Assembly (NCBI GenBank): GCA_963664195.1
Contig: OY760907.1
Span: forward strand, 1,984,001 to 2,048,000
DNA length: 64,000 nucleotides
Direction of reading: 5' to 3'
From: an uncultured candidate division Zixibacteria bacterium
GTDB lineage: Bacteria > Zixibacteria > MSB-5A5 > GN15 > FEB-12
Under the pieces are notes generated by a model. The model worked only from the letters and a program-made list of their open reading frames with translations, searched no databases and was not told where the DNA came from. Each line of letters begins with the position of its first letter. The first letter of the stretch is position 1. Position numbers and translations under genes: made by a program. Of the stretch, positions 35,514-44,112 are shown piece after piece.

Positions 35514-38003
35514 ATGACCAGACTGCTAATCGTACTTGCCCTCATACTCCTATGTGTCGGAACAGCTTTTTCACAAACGGCGATCAGGATCGATCATACT
35601 CCCAACGGGACGATCGGCGAACTTACGCAGGTTGAAATCCTGATCGACAACGCGGACCCCGCTCTCCCGCTTGGCGGGTTCGATCTGCTCCTCCGACACC
35701 ACCACGCTCTTGAGCTTCAGTCTGCCCAGATGGGATCGTTGCTTTTAGGCTGTCAGTGGGAGTATTTCAACTGGTCGACGCCCCATTTCAATACCGTCCG
35801 TCTTGTGGCGCTTGCCGAGACCAACAACGGACCGATTCATCCGCTCTGCCATGCCACAGGGTCCGGCGTGTTGGCGAACCTCACGTTTTCGATATGTAAT
35901 GACGGTATCCAGGAGGGGGACTATCTCCAAATCCAATGGATATGGTACGAATGCGGCGACAACGCGGCTTCCTCACTTGACGGCACCGATTTGTACGTTT
36001 CAGATCAAGTTTACGATTTTGCCGGCGGCTACCATTTCGAGATCACTGAGGATTCCCTTATGCCGTCGCCGTTCGGCGCCCCCGATGAATGTCTGCCCGA
36101 GGATTCGACCATTGTTCGCAGAATAGATTTCTATAACGGCGGCGTTTATCTCGGCGAACGCGATATTGAACCGCCGGTGCTGACTTGCCCCGAAGATATG
36201 ACTGTGAACACCGATCCCGGCCAATGCGGCGCCGTGGTTGACTACGTGGTTACGCTTACAGACAATTGTCCGGGAGCGGTGATGTCCTGTATTCCCTTCT
36301 CTGGTTCGTTTATGCCGCTTGGAACAACTACTATTGATTGCGCCGCGGTCGACACTGCCGGCAACTACGTGGAGTGCGAGTTCACGATTACCGTAGAAGA
36401 CCACCAGTCGCCGGAGCTGTCGTGTCCGGATTCTATTGTCGTATCCGCCACGCCGGGAGAGTGTACCGGAGCAATAGATTACGTGCCGGAAGTCACGGAC
36501 AACTGCTACGGCGTGAACGTGTCTGCTTTCCCGTCGCTTGATACGGAGTTCGAGGTAGGAGTTACCGAACTACTTCTGATTGCTACCGATCCGGCCGGCA
36601 ATTACGACGGCTGCTACATAGATGTCGTTGTCCTGGACGAAGAATCGCCGGTTCTCACGTGTCCTGCCGATATCGTTGTCGACAACACGCCCGGCGAATG
36701 CGGGGCAGAGGTAGACTTCGACTTGTTGGCAACTGATAACTGCGAAGTGGCCGTTGTGACCTCCAATCCGCCCTCGGGATCGTTTTTCGAGATTGGTGCT
36801 CACGTCGTACAGGCGGTAGCAGTCGACAACGCCGGAAATGCCGATACCTGTGAGTTTTCCGTGACTGTCAAGGATACCGAGCCGCCGATGGCCGTCTGTC
36901 CCGGGGATATTACCGTGTTCAACGACTCAGGTTCCTACGGGGCGGTAGTTGTTTTCAATGTCGACGCAACGGATAACTGTGTCGGCGTGTCTGTGGCTGC
37001 TGCTCCGCCGTCAGGCACGTTTTTTGAGTCCGGTCAGCATTCAGTAGAGACGGTGGCGCGTGACGCTTCCGGGAATGCTGATACCTGCGAGTTTACTGTC
37101 ATCGTTAAGCTAAACGATCCGGACGGCGACGGTCGTCCGAGTTGGGATGACAATTGCCCGGATTTCGCCAATTCCGACCAACTCGACGCTGATGCTGACG
37201 GTCTCGGCGATGTCTGCGACGAATGTACCGATACCGACGGCGACGGCTATGGCGATGCCGGTTTCGCCGCCAATACCTGCATGCCGGACAATTGCCCGGC
37301 AACGCCCAACCCGGACCAACTCGACGCAGATACTGACGGCCTCGGGGACATCTGCGATGAGTGCACGGATACCGATGGTGATGGCTACGGCGACCCCGGT
37401 TTTGCCGCCAATGCCTGTATCCTCGACAATTGCCCGTCGGTGCCCAATCTGGATCAACGCGATGCCGATGCTGACGGGATTGGTGACGTTTGTGACGAGT
37501 GTACAGACACCGATGACGACGGTTACGGTGACCCCGGTTTTGCGGCTAACACGTGTGTGCCGGATAACTGCCCGTCTCTACCCAATCCGGATCAGTCCGA
37601 TGCCGATGCCGATGGCTCTGGCGACGAGTGCGATGAATGTACGGATACGGATGGTGACGGCTACGGTGACCCCGGTTTCGCCGCCAACACCTGCGGCGAA
37701 GACAATTGCCCGTCGAAGGCTAATCCGGACCAGTCTGATGCAGATTCCAATGGTCTTGGCGACGCCTGTTGCTGCACAGGATTGACGATCGGTAATGTCG
37801 ACGGTTCACCGGACGATCTGGTGACGATGAGCGATTTGACGGCACTGATCGACCAGCTATTCGTTAGTCTTGGCAGCGCCGGCTGTGTGTCCGAGGCGAA
37901 TGTCGATCTCAGCTCTGACAAGCAGATCACCATGGGGGACCTCACAATCCTCATAGATCACCTATTCATTAACTTGACGCCGCTGCCTGCATGCCCGCAA
38001 TAG
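35514..38003 (+). CDS. Secreted scaffold-like protein: cohesin-like N-domain + 4 HYR + TSP3-like repeats + dockerin-like domain
   Basis: Signal peptide; VEILIDN...LGGFDLLL...GVLANLTF beta-sandwich pattern; D.EPP.L.CP.D...DNC.....CEF.ITV x4; 46-aa Asp/Cys repeats; duplicated GNVDGS.D..VTM.DLT.LID.LF. Confidence 0.8.
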   Translation: MTRLLIVLALILLCVGTAFSQTAIRIDHTPNGTIGELTQVEILIDNADPALPLGGFDLLLRHHHALELQSAQMGSLLLGCQWEYFNWSTPHFNTVRLVALAETNNGPIHPLCHATGSGVLANLTFSICNDGIQEGDYLQIQWIWYECGDNAASSLDGTDLYVSDQVYDFAGGYHFEITEDSLMPSPFGAPDECLPEDSTIVRRIDFYNGGVYLGERDIEPPVLTCPEDMTVNTDPGQCGAVVDYVVTLTDNCPGAVMSCIPFSGSFMPLGTTTIDCAAVDTAGNYVECEFTITVEDHQSPELSCPDSIVVSATPGECTGAIDYVPEVTDNCYGVNVSAFPSLDTEFEVGVTELLLIATDPAGNYDGCYIDVVVLDEESPVLTCPADIVVDNTPGECGAEVDFDLLATDNCEVAVVTSNPPSGSFFEIGAHVVQAVAVDNAGNADTCEFSVTVKDTEPPMAVCPGDITVFNDSGSYGAVVVFNVDATDNCVGVSVAAAPPSGTFFESGQHSVETVARDASGNADTCEFTVIVKLNDPDGDGRPSWDDNCPDFANSDQLDADADGLGDVCDECTDTDGDGYGDAGFAANTCMPDNCPATPNPDQLDADTDGLGDICDECTDTDGDGYGDPGFAANACILDNCPSVPNLDQRDADADGIGDVCDECTDTDDDGYGDPGFAANTCVPDNCPSLPNPDQSDADADGSGDECDECTDTDGDGYGDPGFAANTCGEDNCPSKANPDQSDADSNGLGDACCCTGLTIGNVDGSPDDLVTMSDLTALIDQLFVSLGSAGCVSEANVDLSSDKQITMGDLTILIDHLFINLTPLPACPQ
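37149..37769 (+). repeat. Coding tandem repeat, 138-bp unit x ~4.5 (TSP3-like Ca-binding)
   Basis: Units start at 37149, 37287, 37425, 37563 and 37701 (DNCP...NPDQ.DAD.DG.GD.CDECTDTDGDGYGDPGFAANTC). Confidence 0.9.
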
Positions 38004-38443
38004 TCCCCCAGACGGGGAAACCGCCGCTCGCAGCGTTCGACATTTCACAACAGCACTGAGGTTTTTCGCAATCCCGTTCGCCGAGAGCGTGCGAGCGGCA
38101 TGAGGATGCTGCTTTGCCGATTGCCGGTATGCCAAAGGAATATACCTGTTGGTATGCAGACTCTTTCTGTTCTTGGATCGCACAGTTGATCATCTCCGGC
38201 GCGGCTCCGGCTATAATTGTCTATGAAATAGACGATAAATCATTTGCGTTGCAGTTAATAATTGTGTATCTCCAGAAAAGCGGGTTGGAAGACAGGAAGC
38301 AGATCAGCCCGATTGTCGCTTCCTTGAACGAAAACTCGGCGCTCTTCCATCCTCGATAATTGGTAGCAGTTGCGCCGAAAATCCCCGGGGGAGGGGAAGA
38401 ACCAAATTCCATACACTTTTGGTAGTGAGGCTAGGCTCAGGAC

Positions 38444-38851
38444 ATGAAATACCGCACCAGACTATCGCGCAAGGCAGATTATGCGCTCAGAGCTATCAGG
38501 CACTGTACACGTCTCCCCAAGGACCAGTTCGGTTCAATCAGTGAAATCGCAGCGGCGGAGATGGTTCCACGCCAGTTTCTCGCCAGGATCCTCAGCGACT
38601 TGACTCAGGGCGGCATCCTGATCTCGCATCGAGGTGTCAAAGGCGGGTACAGACTCGCCCGTAAACCACGGGAGATCAGTTTCCTTGACGTTATCGAGAC
38701 TATTGACGGCTCGATTCAGCTCAATCTCGGACGTCACCGGAAGAACTGCGAAATCAGCAAATTCTGGGGCACCCAGGAAGACATGATGATCAAAGCGCTG
38801 CGCAAGCAGCATTTCGGAATGTATGTGAAGAAGACCACGAAGAAAAAATAA
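38444..38851 (+). CDS. Rrf2-family transcriptional regulator
   Basis: LSRKADYALRA, FLARIL..L..GGILISHRGVKGGYRLARKPREISFLDVIE. Confidence 0.93.
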   Translation: MKYRTRLSRKADYALRAIRHCTRLPKDQFGSISEIAAAEMVPRQFLARILSDLTQGGILISHRGVKGGYRLARKPREISFLDVIETIDGSIQLNLGRHRKNCEISKFWGTQEDMMIKALRKQHFGMYVKKTTKKK

Positions 38852-38886
38852 CAGCTCACGCAGACTGTTGTTTTGAATCGGATTTG

Positions 38887-38917
38887 AAGCCGGCTGGGAT
38901 TTTCAGCCGGCTTTTTT
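38887..38917 (+). terminator. Rho-independent terminator
   Basis: AAGCCGGCTG/CAGCCGGCTT stem plus T run. Confidence 0.85.
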
Positions 38918-39005
38918 GTGGCTGATTCGACCCCGCAGGAATCGAGGCGGGTCGATTCTCGTATGTTCCTGTCGCACAGTAAGATGAAAAGAGACTGCTT
39001 TATCC

Positions 39006-39034
39006 TTGACGCAACGGGGCCGAAACGGTATATT
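39006..39034 (+). promoter_or_regulatory. Sigma70 promoter
   Basis: TTGACG-17 nt-TATATT. Confidence 0.55.
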
Positions 39035-39149
39035 TAAGCAATTCAACTCGCGCGTATCATATCATATACAGGTAGACGCAAATCATGCTCGATCAGGGAG
39101 GCAGATTATGCAATCAATCGGGATTCTGAGAGTATCGGGGAGAGTCTCT

Positions 39150-40112
39150 ATGATGGTCCGATCAAAAGAGACGTGGCTGCTGCTCTCGATGATTTTGGTG
39201 TTCTCCGCCGCCAGTGTGTATTCGCAGTGCTCGGCGGCGAGTGCCGGTGTTAAGAATGCTTGGTCAGACGGGCCAACAACGTATCCCGAGCCGGGGTGCG
39301 TGCATCGGGCGAACCTGCTGCCCAAGAACGATTGCGATGCGCCGGGACCGTCCTACAACGAACCCTTGGTGTCGCATACGATCTATACCGAAGCGCCTGA
39401 CGGTCTGGAGTCCGACCAACAATGGGCTACGTTTATTGTCACTGACGGCTCGTGTTGCGCCGGAGGTTCGGTGGGAAATGTCGATGCCTCCGCAGATCTC
39501 CTGGTAACCATGGGCGACCTGACGGCACTGATTGATCATCTCTTCATCAGCATGGTACCGCTTGCCTGTCCGGACGAAGGCAATGTGGACATGAGCTCCG
39601 ATGGTCTCATAACGATGGGCGATTTAACCGTGTTGATAAATCATCTGTTCATCAGCCTCGCACCACTCCCTCCCTGCCCCGAACATGGCGCAGCGCCTGT
39701 CGGTATACTTACCGGCCACGGGTCGTGCAAGACAGGCAAGGGGACACTGGACGATCCTACCAGCAGTGAGGACTGTGTGGACTGGAGTTTCGAGGACGGC
39801 ACGCTGAGTATCAATCACATCAACGCCGGGTTCAACTGCTGTCCGATCATTCTGGCCGACATCACAATCGAGGGCAACCTGATCACGATTTCCGAGATCG
39901 ATTCGCTCGATGGTGGCGGCTGTGATTGCAATTGCCTGTTCGATGTGAACTACGAGATCACCGGCCTTCAGGCAGGTGTCTACCATCTGGTTGTCGACGA
40001 GCCGTATCGACAGAACCCTGACGAGCCGATTGACTTCATGCTGGATCTGTCCGCGACGCCTTCCGGGCGACATTGTGAGGACAGAACCGTCTATCCGTGG
40101 GGTGAATTGTAA
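39150..40112 (+). CDS. Secreted dockerin-like protein with a C-terminal Cys-rich (NCC..CxCxC) domain
   Basis: Signal peptide; internal duplicated dockerin-like motif; AGFNCCP...GGCDCNCLFDV. Confidence 0.75.
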   Translation: MMVRSKETWLLLSMILVFSAASVYSQCSAASAGVKNAWSDGPTTYPEPGCVHRANLLPKNDCDAPGPSYNEPLVSHTIYTEAPDGLESDQQWATFIVTDGSCCAGGSVGNVDASADLLVTMGDLTALIDHLFISMVPLACPDEGNVDMSSDGLITMGDLTVLINHLFISLAPLPPCPEHGAAPVGILTGHGSCKTGKGTLDDPTSSEDCVDWSFEDGTLSINHINAGFNCCPIILADITIEGNLITISEIDSLDGGGCDCNCLFDVNYEITGLQAGVYHLVVDEPYRQNPDEPIDFMLDLSATPSGRHCEDRTVYPWGEL

Positions 40113-40136
40113 GAAGCCGCCGTTGAGACTGCATAT

Positions 40137-40173
40137 CGAGCCGGTTGCGTTTTTGCAGCCGGCTCGTTTTTTT
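40137..40173 (+). terminator. Rho-independent terminator
   Basis: CGAGCCGGTTGC/GCAGCCGGCTCG stem plus T run. Confidence 0.8.
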
Positions 40174-40340
40174 GTACCGGTAAATGCCCTATTGGGCCGC
40201 GTAATGTCTAATACAACCTAATGTATACCTTAATACGCAAGATTTGCGCTTGCTAAGACAGACGACAGAGACTATCTTTCTATCAGATGGGGGTGATTCC
40301 GATGCGTGCGACTGACAAACCATATTCAGGGAGGTATCGT

Positions 40341-41921
40341 ATGTTCAAGCGTCATGTGCTGCTTGCAGCAATCTCAGTCCTCACACTCACAGCAGTATCC
40401 TTCGCTGCGACAATTGACGTTCCGGCCGATCAACCCACCATCCAGGCCGGAATCAATGCCGCCATAGACGGAGACACGGTCCTGATTGCCGACGGGACCT
40501 ACACCGGCGACGGCAACCGGGAGGTAGTTGTGACCGGCAAACAGATTGTCATCAAGGGAGCTAACGGACCAGACGCGGTGATTGTCTTCTGCGCAGATAC
40601 CGTGGCTCAGCAGAGGTACCGGGGGCTGAGTTTCCTGGGAGCGGCTGCATCCGGATCAATCATTGAGGGCATTACGATCACTGACGCCTTTGCGGACACC
40701 GGTTCGGCCGTCTACGCCGAGGATGCGTCGTTGTCGTTCAACAACTGCAAGTTTGCCAACAGCGGGCTTTCCGACGACTATTCCTACACGCCTTATGCAG
40801 GCGGTGGCGGTTTTTTCCGTCGTTGCCCGGAAGTGTCTTTCGATGCCTGTAGTTTCGAGAAGTGCGAAGGGGACGGAGGCGGAGGTTTCTTCGCTGACAG
40901 TTGTGGGATCGTGACAGTGGCCGAATGCGAGTTTATCGAGAATTACTCTGACGGTGTCATGGGTTTTGATGCCAAGACCGGCGGCTGTGCGATGTTGCGA
41001 GCGTGTGACTCGGTGTATTTCCATGATTGTCTCTTTCAGGGAAACTGGGGCGACGGTGCCAGCTATGTGAGTCATTTTGGTACGCCCGGAGTGGCCTCGC
41101 TAGGATCGAATCTCTGGATTCACTCCAGTTTGTTCGATCACAATCATTCCTACGCCTGGGACAACTCCGGCACAAGTGTCTGGGCTATGAACGGGTCGCT
41201 GGAACTGGCCGGATGCACGTTCTACAACAACGAGAGCTACGGGTTTGCGTACTCCGGCGTGGTATACGTCCGGACTGATGATGCACTGATCCGCAACTGC
41301 ATCTTTGCTTTCAACGACGTTCCCGATCCGGTGATCGGCTACTATGACTGTCTTCCTCCTGTTCTGGAGTGCAGCAACGTATACGGCAACACGGTCGGCA
41401 AATGGCACCCGGATATGACCGACTACTTCATCCAGACCGACAACATCTCCAACGATCCGCTCTTCTGTGATGCCGAGAACGGTGATTTCACGGTCGGCGA
41501 TGCCTCGTACTGTCTTCCGGCCAACAATGAATGCGGAGAACTGATGGGCGCGTTTGGGCAAGGTTGCACGGGCTGCTTCGATGTGGACAACGACGGTCAC
41601 TGCTTTGCGGAAGACAACTGCCCCGACTGGCCGAATTCAGGTCAGGCGGACGCGGACGGCATGGGGCTCGGCGACGCCTGCTGTGCCTGCGAATGTCCGA
41701 CCCTGGGCAATATCGACGGCAGCGATGACTGTCTGGTGACCATGTCCGATCTCACCGCGATCATTTCGCACCTGTTTATTCTTATTGAGCCGTATGACTG
41801 CCCGGCGGCGGCCAATGTCGACGAGAGTATCGACGGTTTTGTGACGATGGGTGACCTGACTATTCTGATAGATCATCTGTTTATTAGTCTAGACCCGTTG
41901 CCTCCCTGTACGATGCGGTAG
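40341..41921 (+). CDS. Secreted right-handed beta-helix protein with TSP3-like and dockerin-like C-terminus
   Basis: VPADQPTIQAGI..A..GDTVLIADGTY, C.F..N repeats, DPLFCD, dockerin-like duplication; GGAGG RBS. Confidence 0.85.
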   Translation: MFKRHVLLAAISVLTLTAVSFAATIDVPADQPTIQAGINAAIDGDTVLIADGTYTGDGNREVVVTGKQIVIKGANGPDAVIVFCADTVAQQRYRGLSFLGAAASGSIIEGITITDAFADTGSAVYAEDASLSFNNCKFANSGLSDDYSYTPYAGGGGFFRRCPEVSFDACSFEKCEGDGGGGFFADSCGIVTVAECEFIENYSDGVMGFDAKTGGCAMLRACDSVYFHDCLFQGNWGDGASYVSHFGTPGVASLGSNLWIHSSLFDHNHSYAWDNSGTSVWAMNGSLELAGCTFYNNESYGFAYSGVVYVRTDDALIRNCIFAFNDVPDPVIGYYDCLPPVLECSNVYGNTVGKWHPDMTDYFIQTDNISNDPLFCDAENGDFTVGDASYCLPANNECGELMGAFGQGCTGCFDVDNDGHCFAEDNCPDWPNSGQADADGMGLGDACCACECPTLGNIDGSDDCLVTMSDLTAIISHLFILIEPYDCPAAANVDESIDGFVTMGDLTILIDHLFISLDPLPPCTMR

Positions 41922-41967
41922 GGTTGAGTAACATCGGAAAAGCATCGCTATAGAAAGGAGTCTGAAA

Positions 41968-43956
41968 ATGAGACACATTCTTCTGTATGTGGTAACAGTC
42001 CTGGTTCTCGCATCGACTGCCCTGGCTGCTACAATCAACGTTCCGGCTGACCAGCCCACCATTCAGGCCGGAATCGATGCCGCCACACAGGGAGACACAG
42101 TTCTCATCGCCGACGGAACCTATACCGGCGACGGCAACCGTGACATTAACTTCGGCGGCAAAGAGATCGTTGTAAGATCTGCCAGTGGGGCGGATGCGGT
42201 TACTATTGACTGCGAGGCCGACTGGCACACGGAGCGGCACAGGGGATTTATTTTTGACTCTGGCGAAACGGCGCTAACGGTGCTTGACGGAGTGACCGTC
42301 ACAGATGCCGCAGCAGACACCGGTGCCTGCGTGCTTGTGAGAGGAACTTCGCCGACGGTCAAGGGGTGCCGTTTTGTGAACAGCGGGTACGGCGACGCCT
42401 ACTCCGGGCACGAAATGGCTGGTGGCGGTGTAGCTTGTCTGGACAACGCGGGAGCAAGCTTCACAAGCTGTTACTTTGGGTCAAACCAGGCGCAATCGGG
42501 GGGAGGAATCTACGTAGAGAACAGTTCAAACGTGACCGTTGATTCCTGCTTGTTTGAGGCCAACTGGACCGGCGGTTGGCTGTTGGTGAACGACGGGATT
42601 CGAAACGGGGGTGCGGCCTGTTTGTACCAGTCCGACGTTTCTTTTACGGCTTGTCGATTCATTCGTAACTGGGGCGATAGTCACCTGGGAGGTCTTGGCA
42701 GTGCCGGCGCGGTGTCATACGAATCTTCACCATCCTTCTCTTTCTGCGAGTTTGCGCGCGATTCTCTCTGGGGCGACTACGCATCCTCCGGCCTAGCGCT
42801 TTGGTTTGCTGAAGGTGCGCCGGTTATTGAGAATTGCACGTTCTTCGCGAACAAGGGGCACAGGTGGGTGTCGGTCGTCTACGGTGTTCATGCCTTCATG
42901 ACGATCCGAAACTGCCTGTTTGTCGGTAACAATCTTGAGGATCCGGTCATTCGCTGGGACTCTCCCACTACTATCGAATGCACCAATATCTACGGCAACT
43001 CCGGGGGAGACTGGGTCGGTGATCTGGCCCCGTTCTTTCAGCAGGACGGCAACTTTTCTGCCGATCCGCTCTTCTGCGATCCTGAGAACGGGGACTTCAC
43101 TCTCGGCGATGTCTCGCCGTGTCTTCCTGCCAACAACGAATGCGGCGTACAGATCGGTGCTTACGGTCAAGGTTGCACGGGGTGCTTTGACATCGATGAG
43201 GACAGCCATTGCTACGTTGACGACAACTGCCCCGACGTGTATAACCCCGGACAGGAAGATGCCGATGGCGTTGGTCTTGGAGATGCCTGTTGCTGTGTAT
43301 GCCCGACTGTGGGCAATATCGACGGTAGCGCGGACTGCCTGGTCACGATGGCCGATCTTACCTCGATCATTTCGCACCTGTTTATTCTTATTGAGCCGTA
43401 CGACTGCCCACCGTCTGCCAACGTTGACGGGAGTCCTGACGGACTGGTGACGATGGGTGACTTGACCGTACTGATCGATCATCTGTTCATCAGCCTTCAG
43501 CCGCTGGGGCCGTGCAACCCGGTGGGTGCGTCTTCTTCTGCGTTGCTTACGGGGCATTCGGCATGTAAGGGGGAGGATCAACAGGCGGGAGCCGCAGCGA
43601 GTTTCTCCCTGGAGAGCTGTATCGATTGGAGCTATTCAGGCTCGACGTTGAATTTCACGCACCGCGATGCCGGGTTCAACTGCTGTCCCGTTATTCTGGC
43701 CGACATCACGGTCGACAACAATGTCATTACAGTCACCGAGATTGACTCGCTTTTCGAGGGCGGGTGCTGGTGTGAGTGTCTTTACGACGTTGACTACCAG
43801 ATTACCGGTTTGGCGGCGGGAGAATACCAGATAGTCATAGAGTCCCCGTACAGACCTGCCGGAGACGAAGTACTGGATGTCACGATTGATCTCATCACGG
43901 AGCCAACCGGATCGCACTGTGTTCCCCGGAGTCAGTATCCGTGGAGTGATCTGTAG
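41968..43956 (+). CDS. Secreted beta-helix protein with dockerin-like and Cys-rich C-terminal domains (paralog of the neighbours)
   Basis: Same N-terminus and dockerin as 40341; C-terminal AGFNCCP..GGCWCECLYDV as in 39150. Confidence 0.85.
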   Translation: MRHILLYVVTVLVLASTALAATINVPADQPTIQAGIDAATQGDTVLIADGTYTGDGNRDINFGGKEIVVRSASGADAVTIDCEADWHTERHRGFIFDSGETALTVLDGVTVTDAAADTGACVLVRGTSPTVKGCRFVNSGYGDAYSGHEMAGGGVACLDNAGASFTSCYFGSNQAQSGGGIYVENSSNVTVDSCLFEANWTGGWLLVNDGIRNGGAACLYQSDVSFTACRFIRNWGDSHLGGLGSAGAVSYESSPSFSFCEFARDSLWGDYASSGLALWFAEGAPVIENCTFFANKGHRWVSVVYGVHAFMTIRNCLFVGNNLEDPVIRWDSPTTIECTNIYGNSGGDWVGDLAPFFQQDGNFSADPLFCDPENGDFTLGDVSPCLPANNECGVQIGAYGQGCTGCFDIDEDSHCYVDDNCPDVYNPGQEDADGVGLGDACCCVCPTVGNIDGSADCLVTMADLTSIISHLFILIEPYDCPPSANVDGSPDGLVTMGDLTVLIDHLFISLQPLGPCNPVGASSSALLTGHSACKGEDQQAGAAASFSLESCIDWSYSGSTLNFTHRDAGFNCCPVILADITVDNNVITVTEIDSLFEGGCWCECLYDVDYQITGLAAGEYQIVIESPYRPAGDEVLDVTIDLITEPTGSHCVPRSQYPWSDL

Positions 43957-43980
43957 GGTCAGATCCGAAAGCAATGTTCT

Positions 43981-44013
43981 AAGCCGGTCCTGCTCAGAGG
44001 GACCGGCTTTTTT
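43981..44013 (+). terminator. Rho-independent terminator
   Basis: AAGCCGGTCC/GGACCGGCTT stem plus T run. Confidence 0.85.
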
Positions 44014-44112
44014 GTGCCGTCGAATGTGATTTGACTCGTTTGCGAAACACCTATCTTATGAGGAACGTGATGCCACATGTCTTTGTTAATAAGTACAGGA
44101 GAGACATATTGT

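Noticed and set aside
37149..37769. Regular repeats as a CRISPR array
   Set aside because: Units are 138 bp, in frame, synonymously diverged and inside a CDS; there are no unique spacers or cas genes
39150..43956. Diversity-generating retroelement acting on the paralogs
   Set aside because: No reverse transcriptase, and differences between repeats are not adenine-specific
44040..44112. NrdR boxes upstream of nrdJ
   Set aside because: Candidate 16-mers match the acaCwAtATaTwGtgt consensus poorly; no B12 riboswitch pattern recognised either
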